Below, piece by piece: positions 39,401-48,675 of a DNA stretch of 64,000 bases. Below the pieces are notes generated by a model. It was not told the DNA's origin. It was given only the letters and a program-made list of their open reading frames with translations, and ran no database searches. The stretch's first letter is position 1. Every line of letters begins with the position of its first letter. Origin of the DNA: a virus; IMG/VR virus record IMGVR_UViG_3300050128_000053, positions 1 to 64,000 of that record. The stretch is one strand, 5' to 3'. The position numbers and the translations under genes are program-made.

Positions 39401-41258
39401 ATAGGAATAACCATCCCGATCTCGGTATTCTACGAGCCACCGGTGATTTGGAGTCGAGAGGGCGTCCATTCGATCGGTCTGCCATCTGGTAAGTGAACCG
39501 TCCCAATCGAACACATTGACGGCTGTGTGCTCTTCCCAACGAACCTCGCGCGTCACAGGATCCATCACAAGGAACTTGTCGTCGTCCTCGATGTTGTCCC
39601 AACGCTTCCAACCAGAAGACGTCAAAGCTTCAGTAGTTTCGTCCTGGCAAAATACTTGGCGGGTTCCCTCTAATGCCGTCCCCCAAAATCTGTACTTCAT
39701 CTTGAACCGGATCACCCGAGTCATGTCGTGCGGGTGGTACATAACTCGGGGAAACAGTTCCCCGTAATGTAAACCGTATTACGGAAAATATTTCCCCTAT
39801 CTGCACCAGCACCGCTTGCAGGAGTCACCTCCTTCCTGCGTGTGACCCATGTTCCTACAGAGGTGGTTGGGCACCATACTCGCCCTCTGTAGTGACGAAC
39901 CGAACGATTCATCCATTTCATGTTCGCTGTCCGACTGTGATGCACCCCAACGGTGCCGTCTCGACCTCCAAACTTTCCTCTAGGCGTATCAGAGACCTTT
40001 GAAATGCTTCGCTTGCCGAGCATCATGGCAAGCATTTGAAAAGAATCAATCAACCCGAGGTTGTTCTGGTAAAGACGCTCTCGACCGCCAATGCGTGCTG
40101 TCTCCCCATCCCCGTCGAGAAGTGTATTGAAAAGCAGTTCCGCTTGTGGGCGGGTGAGGTTTGTGAGGAAGCCTGAATCGATTTCCTTTTCCTCATGCAA
40201 AACGGCTTGGACCTGACGACCGATTGTTACCGGAAAATACCACTGAAGGAATCCGTCTGACCGCTCGTAAACAGACCCCTGAAAGTGGTGACAGAGCTTG
40301 TCAATACGTTCACAAAAGTCGGGATGAACACGAGGACTTTGCCCAACACAAACAGCCGAAGAATCAAACCAGCCTTCCGCAGCCACCCAACCCACCAGTT
40401 CTACAAACTCATCAGAGTGCTCTGGCATAGTCGGGAAATGCTTTAGTTCGCCGCCCGCCAAGACCAGAGACCCACCAGTCACCTCATGCAGCTCTGCTGT
40501 GGATCGCATCCCCCGGGTTCCACGCTCACCTGAGGTGTCATAGATCCATCGGTGGTCGGCCGTCGTGGCAGCACTGAAGTTCTTGCTACGCCATTCGTAT
40601 AGGGGGCCGTCCCAGTCAAAAACGTTGATCCGCCCCACCCGAGACCAAACCAGCTCGTCGGTCTCGTAGTCAAGCACCAGAGCTTCGTCCCCAACTCTTA
40701 CCTGATCAGCATTGAGCCAACCACGCTTAGTCAGGATTTCGTTCTCGTCGGCCGGCATGCAGAAAGCGCTGTTGAGCGGCAGGATGCGGATACGCGCCGG
40801 ATGCTCATAACCCGCCGGATCGACAAATGATTCTTCGAAAGCCACCTTTACGAACGAGTCGCCTGATACAGAAGATTGCTGCATAATTTCCCACATGACA
40901 GCGTCTTTGCCTTGGGGCTGATGCTCTTCCCAGATGGTACGCAGAAGCTCGGGGACAATGGCCTCAGTTGCTTTGGGCGATTTGAAGTAAGTGCCGTTGG
41001 TGAGGCAGAAGTTGGTCAAGAAGTCGCTAAAGGCAGCCGACCAGTTGAACGTGAGCTGAGGCTCACCGATTTCGCGACGGTAGCTCCAATGATGGCCTAA
41101 GTAAAAAGCCCAGTTGCTGGCGTAGCGATTCAAGCGAGGTCCATGAACCTCGATCTAAACTCCTCATCCGCTAACTCAACCAGGCCCAAGGGGCTGATGG
41201 CAATCGTTAGGTCTGAGGAGGCTGCACGGTAACTGGGTGTCACAAAACTAATGGCCAT
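36416..41258 (-). CDS. Portal protein precursor interrupted by two 5-nt insertions and three inteins (about 581 aa after removal)
   Basis: Start MAISFVTPSYRAASSDLTIAISPLGLVELADEEF; portal motifs GDSFVKVAFE, NPLGRIPFVH, PWGLSDI, ISNTSGVAL; split over three ORFs. Confidence 0.85.
37343..38338 (-). mobile_element. Portal intein 3 (332 aa)
   Basis: A|CVDETT, VTPNHRW, VGWYITEG/LVDADG LAGLIDADG-like, VWCPT...TGN|S. Confidence 0.9.
38564..39649 (-). mobile_element. Portal intein 2 (362 aa)
   Basis: F|CQDETT, STPNHRW, IGWAVTEG/LLEGDG, VWCPT...TGN|S. Confidence 0.9.
39757..40761 (-). mobile_element. Portal intein 1 (335 aa)
   Basis: F|CMPADE, TTADHRW, VGWVAAEG/LLDGDG, VWCPT...TGN|C. Confidence 0.9.
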
Positions 41259-41265
41259 TGTGCTT

Positions 41266-41940
41266 TCACCCCCTTCCCGGCTGAGACACGCTTTGCTTCC
41301 TAAGCTCACGCACTTTGTTGGCTATTTCCTTGCGCCGTTCCTCCGTGAACGGCCAACAGTTGCTCTTTCGGATATTGCACAGATCACACGAAGGCATAAG
41401 GTTATCAATCGTATGAGTTCCACCTGCTGTCAAGGGCTGATAGTGGTCCCAGTGGAGGTTGTTCGTCAGGAGCATCTCACAGATGTGACACCGCCCTCCA
41501 AACTCTGCAAGACGAAGGTCGAACTGTTCCGCTGAAATGACCTCAACCAAAGTGCCAGCCTTTATGGCACGCCGTCTGCTCTCACATCGCTGCGTTGCCT
41601 TTCGGCGCTTCTCAGCGATCTCGGGTATTTTGCCTCGCTCAACATGGCGCTTGTAACGCTCTTCTCGATTGGCCACATGATGGACTCGAAGCCGCTCTTT
41701 CGACCACTCAGGGTGATCAATGTGGTATTGGCGTGCCTTAGTGATTTTGGTCGCCGGATCAGCAGCATAAATCTCTCGTGCTCGCTGATTACGCTTCTCT
41801 CGGCGGTTATCGTCAGTAACCTTCACACACAACTTACAACGGGGACGTCGTCCGTCTCTCGATGCAGAATCCTTGTGGAAATCAGTGAGTGGCTTGGAGA
41901 TTCCGCACCCCTTGCAAACTTTCACATCAACTGCTGTCAT
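41266..41940 (-). CDS. Free-standing HNH endonuclease
   Basis: KVCKGC..KPLTDF..CKLC; CHIC..HWDHYQPL..GGTH..NLMPSCDLCNIRK. Confidence 0.88.
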   Translation of the reverse strand: MTAVDVKVCKGCGISKPLTDFHKDSASRDGRRPRCKLCVKVTDDNRREKRNQRAREIYAADPATKITKARQYHIDHPEWSKERLRVHHVANREERYKRHVERGKIPEIAEKRRKATQRCESRRRAIKAGTLVEVISAEQFDLRLAEFGGRCHICEMLLTNNLHWDHYQPLTAGGTHTIDNLMPSCDLCNIRKSNCWPFTEERRKEIANKVRELRKQSVSQPGRG

Positions 41941-41959
41941 GGCGGCGGTCGTCCGCTTT

Positions 41960-42721
41960 TTACGGCGTGTCCACTCCGACCTTGGTGAATAGGGCGAACT
42001 GAGCAGCACTGATCGCTATGTCTGGGATGCCAGCCGAGGCAAACGCCGATAGATCGGCCGGGTCGGTGACGTGGGTGGCCACACCGCCCGAGACGAGGAA
42101 CACCTCGTTGCCCTGCGTGGTGAGGAACATGGTCGGAACCTTTCTGTTTGGGACATGGGTGGGCGGTGGTGTCGGTGAAGTGAGCCCGAAGAGGGCATCG
42201 AAATCGGCCTGAGACCCCACCCAGTGCGAGGCGTCGACCTCCACTGGGATCCCCGGCACACTGAGTGAATCGGTGTACTGCCAGCAGTCCCCGAAGCCGT
42301 AGTCCTTGCCGTAGCTCGCCGGCCAGAGCATGGCCCTGATCCCTGACCGAGGCAGTGTCGAGGCGCTGCCGTAATCCATCTCTTCATCGGCGCTCAAGTT
42401 GAGAGCGACAAGGAAGGCGTTCTGCCACCCACTGTTGGTGCTGGTCTCCGAGTCAAGGATGCGAGCTTTCGATCCGGCGACTGATTTGAAGTAGGCCGCT
42501 TCATCTGAAGCACTGGTGAAATCGGCGAAGTGATAGGCCACGTGGGCGATGTTGTGCGATTCAGCAAGGGCGGCGGAATCGGAGTAATACGGGTTGGTGT
42601 AACCCGTCCCCTGTGTGGCCTTGATGATGAGAGCAAGGACGTTCTCAGAGATCAGAACCCAGTCCCAATCAGCAGGGTCGCCATTGTCAGAACTGATGTC
42701 GATGATGTTTGTTGCCGTCAC
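41960..42721 (-). CDS. Endolysin, GH25 muramidase-like
   Basis: IIDISSDN, IIKATQG..YTNP, AYHFA, LDSE, WQYTD..VPGI..VD. Confidence 0.85.
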   Translation of the reverse strand: MTATNIIDISSDNGDPADWDWVLISENVLALIIKATQGTGYTNPYYSDSAALAESHNIAHVAYHFADFTSASDEAAYFKSVAGSKARILDSETSTNSGWQNAFLVALNLSADEEMDYGSASTLPRSGIRAMLWPASYGKDYGFGDCWQYTDSLSVPGIPVEVDASHWVGSQADFDALFGLTSPTPPPTHVPNRKVPTMFLTTQGNEVFLVSGGVATHVTDPADLSAFASAGIPDIAISAAQFALFTKVGVDTP

Positions 42722-42730
42722 ACTCTCACC

Positions 42731-43018
42731 TCAACGGAGTTCTGATCCCCAAGGGGTTCTCGAAAGATGACCCCGAAACTCGCTGACCACTTTCGAAGAA
42801 CGAGCTACGACAGGAGATGAACCAGCCGACATCCAGTCCCAGACCATACCTCGTGACTCGATAAGCGGTTCGTTACCGGGCGCACGATGAAGAAACGTGG
42901 GCTGAGCCCGGTCGACACCATGGAACTGCTTGATGTGCTCGTCCATCCCATCAGGGCCATGCTTGGACCGTGTCTTCCAGCGGCACACCTCACACCGCTG
43001 CAAGCGAACTGCCCGCAC
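42731..43018 (-). CDS. Small zinc-finger hypothetical protein
   Basis: CEVC...H...H. Confidence 0.5.
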   Translation of the reverse strand: MRAVRLQRCEVCRWKTRSKHGPDGMDEHIKQFHGVDRAQPTFLHRAPGNEPLIESRGMVWDWMSAGSSPVVARSSKVVSEFRGHLSRTPWGSELR

Positions 43019-43638
43019 TATCGCTTCTGAGCGTAGAGCAGGATCTCAAGATTGGCTGCTGCGCCAACCGATGCCCCAGTCCCAGCGGCAGCAATCACGA
43101 AACTCAAAACGTCCCCAGCATGGACCGACAATGCAGGGACCGCCGTGAAGCCGTTGTAATCGGTATAGGTGTTGTCGGGGGCCACCAAAGCGTTCAACGA
43201 GAACTTGTACATCTGCGGAGGCGCTGTCACCGGAGCTGTGGTGATCTGAGAAGTGGCCTGAGCCGTCTCATACCCGACCGTACCCGTGGGGCCAGGCAAC
43301 GGGTAGTTGAGGGCGTAGGGCACGTTCTCAATGACCTCGAGAGCGTTAGTGGTGGTAAAGCTCTCCGTTCCCGCCCCCAGAATGGTAGGCACATTGGTCG
43401 CCGTCCACAGGTTGTACGCCGACACCGAAGAAAGGGCACCACCCTGCTGCGAGGTCGGGAGGTTACTGATGTTGACAGTGATGCCGTCGTTGGTGCCCGG
43501 GGCGGTGCCCAACCACAACATCATGCCGATGACGTCAAGGTCACATGGAGCGGGATAACGCTGAGCAAGAGTTCCTACGGACGGAGCCGAAGCAAAACGC
43601 TCAACAAGAATCTGGTCTGGGTAAAGGCCGGAAGACAT
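43018..43638 (-). CDS. Thr/Pro-rich beta-sandwich protein, probably structural
   Basis: 206 aa, AAGGAG RBS. Confidence 0.6.
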   Translation of the reverse strand: MSSGLYPDQILVERFASAPSVGTLAQRYPAPCDLDVIGMMLWLGTAPGTNDGITVNISNLPTSQQGGALSSVSAYNLWTATNVPTILGAGTESFTTTNALEVIENVPYALNYPLPGPTGTVGYETAQATSQITTAPVTAPPQMYKFSLNALVAPDNTYTDYNGFTAVPALSVHAGDVLSFVIAAAGTGASVGAAANLEILLYAQKR

Positions 43639-43724
43639 CTTTCAAACTCCTTTGGGTTCGATCGGTTTACCCAGCCTCAAGTCCTGGGGGCACATGAAAC
43701 GGTTTGTCCAAAGATAAGCGTACC

Positions 43725-44120
43725 TCAGTCGCGTACCCGCTCAGGGCTCTCTCTCTCATACCTCCCACCAGAGCGCTGCACATCGCCAAAGGTAACCGGC
43801 GGCTCGGTGACGCCACCGACGAACTCTTGAAGAACGCTCGGGGCATCGACCCAGGAGGCAGAGCCCGCATGGGCCCGCTCTTGCATCACCTGATCAGCGT
43901 GCTTGTACTGCGAATCCGGATTGTTGTGATTCGGCGATCCCGGCCCCGTCTGATAGCCGTCGCCCATGCCCTGTTGGAAATCATCGGGCACGTCGGTGTC
44001 GGTCGCAAGACCTTCTTCAAATCGCAGTGGCCCTTTGTTTCCGGCCATGTTCGGACCCATGGTGCGCTGATACGACTGCGGCGAGCGTTCTGGCGGCACA
44101 TTGGTTGGGGCAATCGTCAT
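43725..44120 (-). CDS. Conserved phage protein (GPLRFEEG..TDTDVP family)
   Basis: GAGGAG RBS; ERAHAGSASWVDAP motif. Confidence 0.7.
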   Translation of the reverse strand: MTIAPTNVPPERSPQSYQRTMGPNMAGNKGPLRFEEGLATDTDVPDDFQQGMGDGYQTGPGSPNHNNPDSQYKHADQVMQERAHAGSASWVDAPSVLQEFVGGVTEPPVTFGDVQRSGGRYERESPERVRD

Positions 44121-44175
44121 TGAGCACTCCTCGATTAGACCTTTAGGCAGTAGCATAGCCCTAAGGCCGAGTCGT

Positions 44176-44883
44176 CTAGTGCTCAGCCACCAGAGCCGCC
44201 ATGAGGGGCTTGTTCCCTACTGCGCAACGGTATCGGTTACACAACCGACGGTTGTCCTCAAAATGCGGCTGTTCAAAGCGAACAGACTCGTCAGCTGGGT
44301 GCCAGAGATGGTAAAGCGGTCCTTGGATGCGGGTCCAATGCGGAGCCAGCGTCTCGAGCGCCATGTAAAAGGCCCGGTCCTCCTCGCCCCAGCCGATGAA
44401 GCGCTCGTCATAACCATGCACGACCTCAAAGGCCACTCGAGATACCACGATCCCACCCCCGACCGCCGGCTCGGGCGTCTCAACAGAAGGAAAACAATGC
44501 TCATACTCAGCAGGAGTGTCCCCGAGCATGTGCGCCTTCGTGCCCCCCTCGGTCAATGAGTAATAGCGGTCATAGGGCAACACCCACTGAGCCCCCACCT
44601 TGCCGAGAAGATCGAAAGCAATTTTCATCTGGCGCAGCGGCACACAGGAGTCGGCATCAACAAAGACCAGTACATCTCCTTGCGCTTTCTTCGCTGCGGC
44701 GTTACGCGCTGCGGAACGATTGAAGTTCTCGGTCGGAGAATCCTCGATAAGAACCTCGATCTCGCCTGGCTCCCACCCTTGGAGGAGCTGTCCCCGCACA
44801 TAATCCAAAGAAGTCGAGCGATAGGCATTCTCTGCCCGGTACGGGATGAGGAACGAAATCACTTGAGTCCTCTCACAAACCAA
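44176..44883 (-). CDS. Glycosyltransferase (GT2/GT7C-like)
   Basis: LIPYR, FNRSAARN, FVDAD, GYDERFIGWGEED, HLWH. Confidence 0.9.
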   Translation of the reverse strand: MVCERTQVISFLIPYRAENAYRSTSLDYVRGQLLQGWEPGEIEVLIEDSPTENFNRSAARNAAAKKAQGDVLVFVDADSCVPLRQMKIAFDLLGKVGAQWVLPYDRYYSLTEGGTKAHMLGDTPAEYEHCFPSVETPEPAVGGGIVVSRVAFEVVHGYDERFIGWGEEDRAFYMALETLAPHWTRIQGPLYHLWHPADESVRFEQPHFEDNRRLCNRYRCAVGNKPLMAALVAEH

Positions 44884-45467
44884 GCCGCTGAGTGTTCGTC
44901 TTGAATCTGCTGAAAAACCCTGGCGTGCAAGCCAACGTCTTGATTACGACTGTTCGGACGCACGTGCACTCGATAGACGGCCTTCGGGCACTGGCCGACC
45001 GTGGCCCCGGCCAAACGAAGACGAATCCACAGGTCCCAGTCTTCAAGGACTGGCAAGTCCCTAAACCCTCCAGCGGCAATAAAGAGATCTCGCCGAACCA
45101 TACAACCGATGATGAGATGGTTCTTGGCCATGAAGTTCGGTCCCGGCGGAATAAGGACTGGGTAATCGTCTTCAACACCATTGATCACACCAAGTGTTGA
45201 AGGCTGTCTGATGTCCCCTTCCCCAGCAAGCATCTCCTCGACGTAGCGGGGATCAAGCTCATCATCGGCATCAAGGAAAATAAGCCAGTCAGCCCCAACA
45301 TGAAGCGCTCCAATGTTACGTGCTTGAGAAACTGTAGGTCCCATTCTCGGAGTAACAAGTACGGCGTGCGCCGTCTGACTCTTTACAGAGTTCACAGCTC
45401 TCGCTTCTAGTGGATCCCAAACAGCCCTATCGCCGAAAGATGGAATGATTACTGCGGCAGATTCCAT
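44859..45467 (-). CDS. Glycosyltransferase family 2
   Basis: VIIPS, SQARNIG, FLDADD, GGF..LEDWDLW. Confidence 0.9.
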   Translation of the reverse strand: MESAAVIIPSFGDRAVWDPLEARAVNSVKSQTAHAVLVTPRMGPTVSQARNIGALHVGADWLIFLDADDELDPRYVEEMLAGEGDIRQPSTLGVINGVEDDYPVLIPPGPNFMAKNHLIIGCMVRRDLFIAAGGFRDLPVLEDWDLWIRLRLAGATVGQCPKAVYRVHVRPNSRNQDVGLHARVFQQIQDEHSAAWFVRGLK

Positions 45468-46198
45468 GTCCGCATCTCATCAACGTAGGGGTAAGGCCAG
45501 CGCTCGAGGATTTTGTCGGCCGCAAGGATCGACTGCACGTGCTCATTTGAATGACCGAGCCGCCCAGTGTACCGATTGAACTTTGCTTGTTGGTCCTTCT
45601 CGGCCGCATAGCCGTAATGCATGAGGGCCAACAGAGTGGTCGACCCCCAGGACCGCCCCATGACGTAACTTGGCACCGCCGGCACACCGAAGCCGTGTGA
45701 AGGGTACCGGGCACCACTCTCGTACCGAAAGAGGCGAGGAGCGTGAATGGTGCCCCAAAGCCGGTCCACCCGAACTAAGGGCTGACCTATTTCACTGAAC
45801 CCAAAAACTTCAGGGATATTAAGATCAATGGCCGATTCAGTAGCCACCTCAATAGCAGATTTCAGAGCAAGCCGCTGGGATTTGTAATCGATCCCTACAA
45901 GCACTTCATCACAATCAATGACGAGCACCCAGTCATTTTGCGGACGAGGGAAAAAGGTCGACTCAAACATTTTCCACGCCCCTCCTCGAAATAAGCCCTC
46001 ATTCTCAAGGAAGCTAGGAGTCTGATCATCTCGCTGGAAGACGTTGCACCCGGCATCGTGTGCCACCACGGCAGTGTCGTCTTCAGAGCAATCGTCGTAA
46101 AAGAACACAGCATCGACCGTCGACACCAAGGCCTCAAGCATCGGCCTCAAGTACCGCTGGGTCTCATTACGCCCGACTACGAGCCCGAAAACACTCAC
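45449..46198 (-). CDS. Glycosyltransferase family 2-like
   Basis: RNE, YDDCSEDDT, WVLVIDCDE, RLFR, HYGY. Confidence 0.85.
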   Translation of the reverse strand: MSVFGLVVGRNETQRYLRPMLEALVSTVDAVFFYDDCSEDDTAVVAHDAGCNVFQRDDQTPSFLENEGLFRGGAWKMFESTFFPRPQNDWVLVIDCDEVLVGIDYKSQRLALKSAIEVATESAIDLNIPEVFGFSEIGQPLVRVDRLWGTIHAPRLFRYESGARYPSHGFGVPAVPSYVMGRSWGSTTLLALMHYGYAAEKDQQAKFNRYTGRLGHSNEHVQSILAADKILERWPYPYVDEMRTWNLPQ

Positions 46199-46968
46199 TC
46201 GGACTCAATCCCATGATGAGCACACATACGACGGTGCATTTCTTGAGACCGAGCAAAGTGCTGATCCGCAAACCCACCGTGAGGCGAAGCCTTGTGCCAG
46301 AGATGAGTCATTACGACTGGTCCGTAATAGACACACTTGTAGCCGTGCGCCCGAGCATGGAGTGAGCACCACATCTCTTCGAAGTAGTGCTGCGTCTCAA
46401 GAAACGCTCCGACTGAGTCGGGCTGCATATCCTGAAACAACTCGCACGTCGTCAACTCGCCCCAGACCTTGCGCTTGATGAAGTAGAGCGCTCCCGAGAC
46501 GGAAATGACGTCGTCACGGACAGTTTTCAACTCAGGGCTGTTGCCTGAGTGCTGCCAACCCCGCTGACTTGGGCTGCGGTCTGGGCCCATGATGCCACCG
46601 GCTGTAATGAGCCCATCAGCGTCCACCTGGCGCGGACCGAGAACGCCCCAATGATCGATACCGGCGAGGGCGTCATAGCAATCTCGGAACCCGGCCGAAA
46701 GACGGGTATCGGCATTTGCGAGGAGAATGACGTCGTTCACTCCTCCTGCGGCACCTTCATTACAGGCTCGCCCGTAACCGACATTGTCGGCAAAAGAAAT
46801 GAACTCGGCATCGTAGCGCTCAGCTGTCTGTCCCGGGTAGGGCGAATCGAGTGTGACATCGACCACGGTCAACGTGCAGCCTTCGAACTTGTGGGATTCG
46901 TATGAAGCGCAGAAGTCATCAAGCAAATCCGGTGTCTTGTAATTGACCACAACGACGTCACAAGCCAT
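46195..46968 (-). CDS. Glycosyltransferase family 2 (rhamnosyltransferase-like)
   Basis: VVVVNYKT, NVGYGRACNEG, LANAD, SGAL, YFEE. Confidence 0.9.
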   Translation of the reverse strand: MACDVVVVNYKTPDLLDDFCASYESHKFEGCTLTVVDVTLDSPYPGQTAERYDAEFISFADNVGYGRACNEGAAGGVNDVILLANADTRLSAGFRDCYDALAGIDHWGVLGPRQVDADGLITAGGIMGPDRSPSQRGWQHSGNSPELKTVRDDVISVSGALYFIKRKVWGELTTCELFQDMQPDSVGAFLETQHYFEEMWCSLHARAHGYKCVYYGPVVMTHLWHKASPHGGFADQHFARSQEMHRRMCAHHGIESE

Positions 46969-47250
46969 CTAATAACGTCCTTTCACTTGACGAGACGGCT
47001 TAACAGGGTCTGGTGGGGTTCCCACTCTTCGATCGTAAAGCACCTTGGCCATTGTGTACACCGCTTCAGCAGTGAGCATCATCTCATTCAATAAGTCGAG
47101 ATTGCGCATGCGCCGGTACTCGCCGGTGAACTTGTTCAAAGCGCTGACATAGAGATCCTGTGCTTCGATCAGCTCTTCCTCGCTCAGCCGGCGGGCCCTA
47201 ACCTCGAGCTGGTCAAGATTCCTAAACCTCTTGGGTCTGCGGACTGCCAT
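46969..47250 (-). CDS. Conserved helical phage protein
   Basis: 93 aa ORF in operon. Confidence 0.6.
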   Translation of the reverse strand: MAVRRPKRFRNLDQLEVRARRLSEEELIEAQDLYVSALNKFTGEYRRMRNLDLLNEMMLTAEAVYTMAKVLYDRRVGTPPDPVKPSRQVKGRY

Positions 47251-47668
47251 CTTCGCCTACCTCTAGAATCAAGTGTTCGAGAAAACTAGCACCAGGAACC
47301 GAGGCCCCGCCAAGACCTTGTGGACTCTCAAAGACAGCGATGTCGTCCTCATCGTCACTACTGGGGTCAAGACTCTCCCAATCCTGCATTTGAGAAGGAG
47401 TAAAAGCAAGAAGGTGTGGGCCAATCCAAGCCTCACTGCGTGCTTCAGGTGATAGTTTGTGGAGCTGGCGGCGACGTCGTGGACCCACCCACCACAGACC
47501 GACGAGACACGCCCGAAGAGGCTTGTGCAAACGAATCAAAAGTGCCCTACCGCAACGCCAAGGTTCGTACTCCTCGATGACCTTGGCCGTACTGAGTAGT
47601 GGAGCGTCCTTTGTTACCTCAACAACCGCTCCGTAGAACCAGAGCCAGGAGTGTTCGTTAACGGGCAT
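47222..47668 (-). CDS. Hypothetical phage protein
   Basis: EEYEPWRCGRALLIRL motif. Confidence 0.6.
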   Translation of the reverse strand: MPVNEHSWLWFYGAVVEVTKDAPLLSTAKVIEEYEPWRCGRALLIRLHKPLRACLVGLWWVGPRRRRQLHKLSPEARSEAWIGPHLLAFTPSQMQDWESLDPSSDDEDDIAVFESPQGLGGASVPGASFLEHLILEVGEDGSPQTQEV

Positions 47669-47768
47669 TTCGCTCTGCCTTCTTCGTCAAGGGCGTCGTC
47701 AATGAGGTGGTCCAGGTCTTCGATCTCATGAAGAAGGTGCTCCCGTTCCTCCTTCGGCGAGAGCTTCT

Positions 47769-48158
47769 TCAAGTCCAAACGCCTCGATGATTCTGATACT
47801 GATTCAGGCGGCGGTTCACGAACTTCCCTTTCGATTTCACCCGCTGAAAATCACGCCACACATTTGATGGAACGCCCTCATAAACCCACGGCGTGCCGCC
47901 GGCATCAACTGGCTTGACGAAGCGCATGTAAAGGCGTCGAGATCCAGCGTCATACCCAGCTTCAACGACGCGTGAGGATTGTGGAGTAAAGACAAAGTTG
48001 CCCGGTACGGTCTCATCCTCGTCGGGGAGGTCGACATCGACGGCAGCAGGACTCTGCGCCTCAGAGATCGGGCGGGCAGACACTCGGGCAGCATCGTGTG
48101 CAACCGCCTCTTGTACTGCTCTTTGGCCTAACGGTCCTAATCCACCTCGACGTGGCAT
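47769..48158 (-). CDS. KTSC-domain protein
   Basis: SSRVVEAGYD..LYMRF..WVYEGVP..W..F..SKGKFVN. Confidence 0.8.
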   Translation of the reverse strand: MPRRGGLGPLGQRAVQEAVAHDAARVSARPISEAQSPAAVDVDLPDEDETVPGNFVFTPQSSRVVEAGYDAGSRRLYMRFVKPVDAGGTPWVYEGVPSNVWRDFQRVKSKGKFVNRRLNQYQNHRGVWT

Positions 48159-48180
48159 TCAACCAAGTGTACCGAATACA

Positions 48181-48675
48181 TCATCCCCTTTCCAAGTAGT
48201 CGATGGGCTTGCCGAGAGCCGTGGCGTAGTCGATTTCGCTGTGCGTGCTCTCCCCGATGTACCGGCCCACGTTGAGTACCAGCACCCGGTCAGCCAAGTC
48301 GATCTTGCGCTTGTGAAGCTCGTCCAGGGCCTCTTTCTGTTCGACGGTGATCCCCAGCCCTTCGTCGGACTTGGTATCGCACCCGATGGTCAGGACGATC
48401 TCACCGGCCAACGTCAGGTCGTACCGTGCCTTCGCCCACGCCTCGGGGAATCGGGTTGAGCCACACAGGACCACGATGGTCGGACGAGGCGTGGCGAAGT
48501 TGCCGTTCAGGCAGGCGGCGTACCCGTTGCTGTGCCGCCATGCCACCGGGTCGTCGCCGGGGTCGTAGTCAGGCTCCCAACCGCCCATCTGTGCATAGGT
48601 GGCACTCACGATCACCTTTGAGCACCAGCGGCAGTAGACCGGGCAATCTTCCTCAATCATCGGGTCGTCAGCCAT
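48181..48675 (-). CDS. DUF4406/nucleoside deoxyribosyltransferase-like protein (the ORF reads through from an upstream gene fragment)
   Basis: VLCGSTRF, LHKRKIDLADRVLVLN, YIGEST.SEI.YA..GKPI; GGAGG RBS before 48675. Confidence 0.65.
   Translation of the reverse strand: MADDPMIEEDCPVYCRWCSKVIVSATYAQMGGWEPDYDPGDDPVAWRHSNGYAACLNGNFATPRPTIVVLCGSTRFPEAWAKARYDLTLAGEIVLTIGCDTKSDEGLGITVEQKEALDELHKRKIDLADRVLVLNVGRYIGESTHSEIDYATALGKPIDYLERG

Noticed and set aside
39738-41159. 5-nt portal gaps as canonical group I/II intron remnants or transposon target-site duplications
   Set aside because: No register gives U|...G or GUGYG...AY ends at both sites, and the inserts do not duplicate flanking sequence
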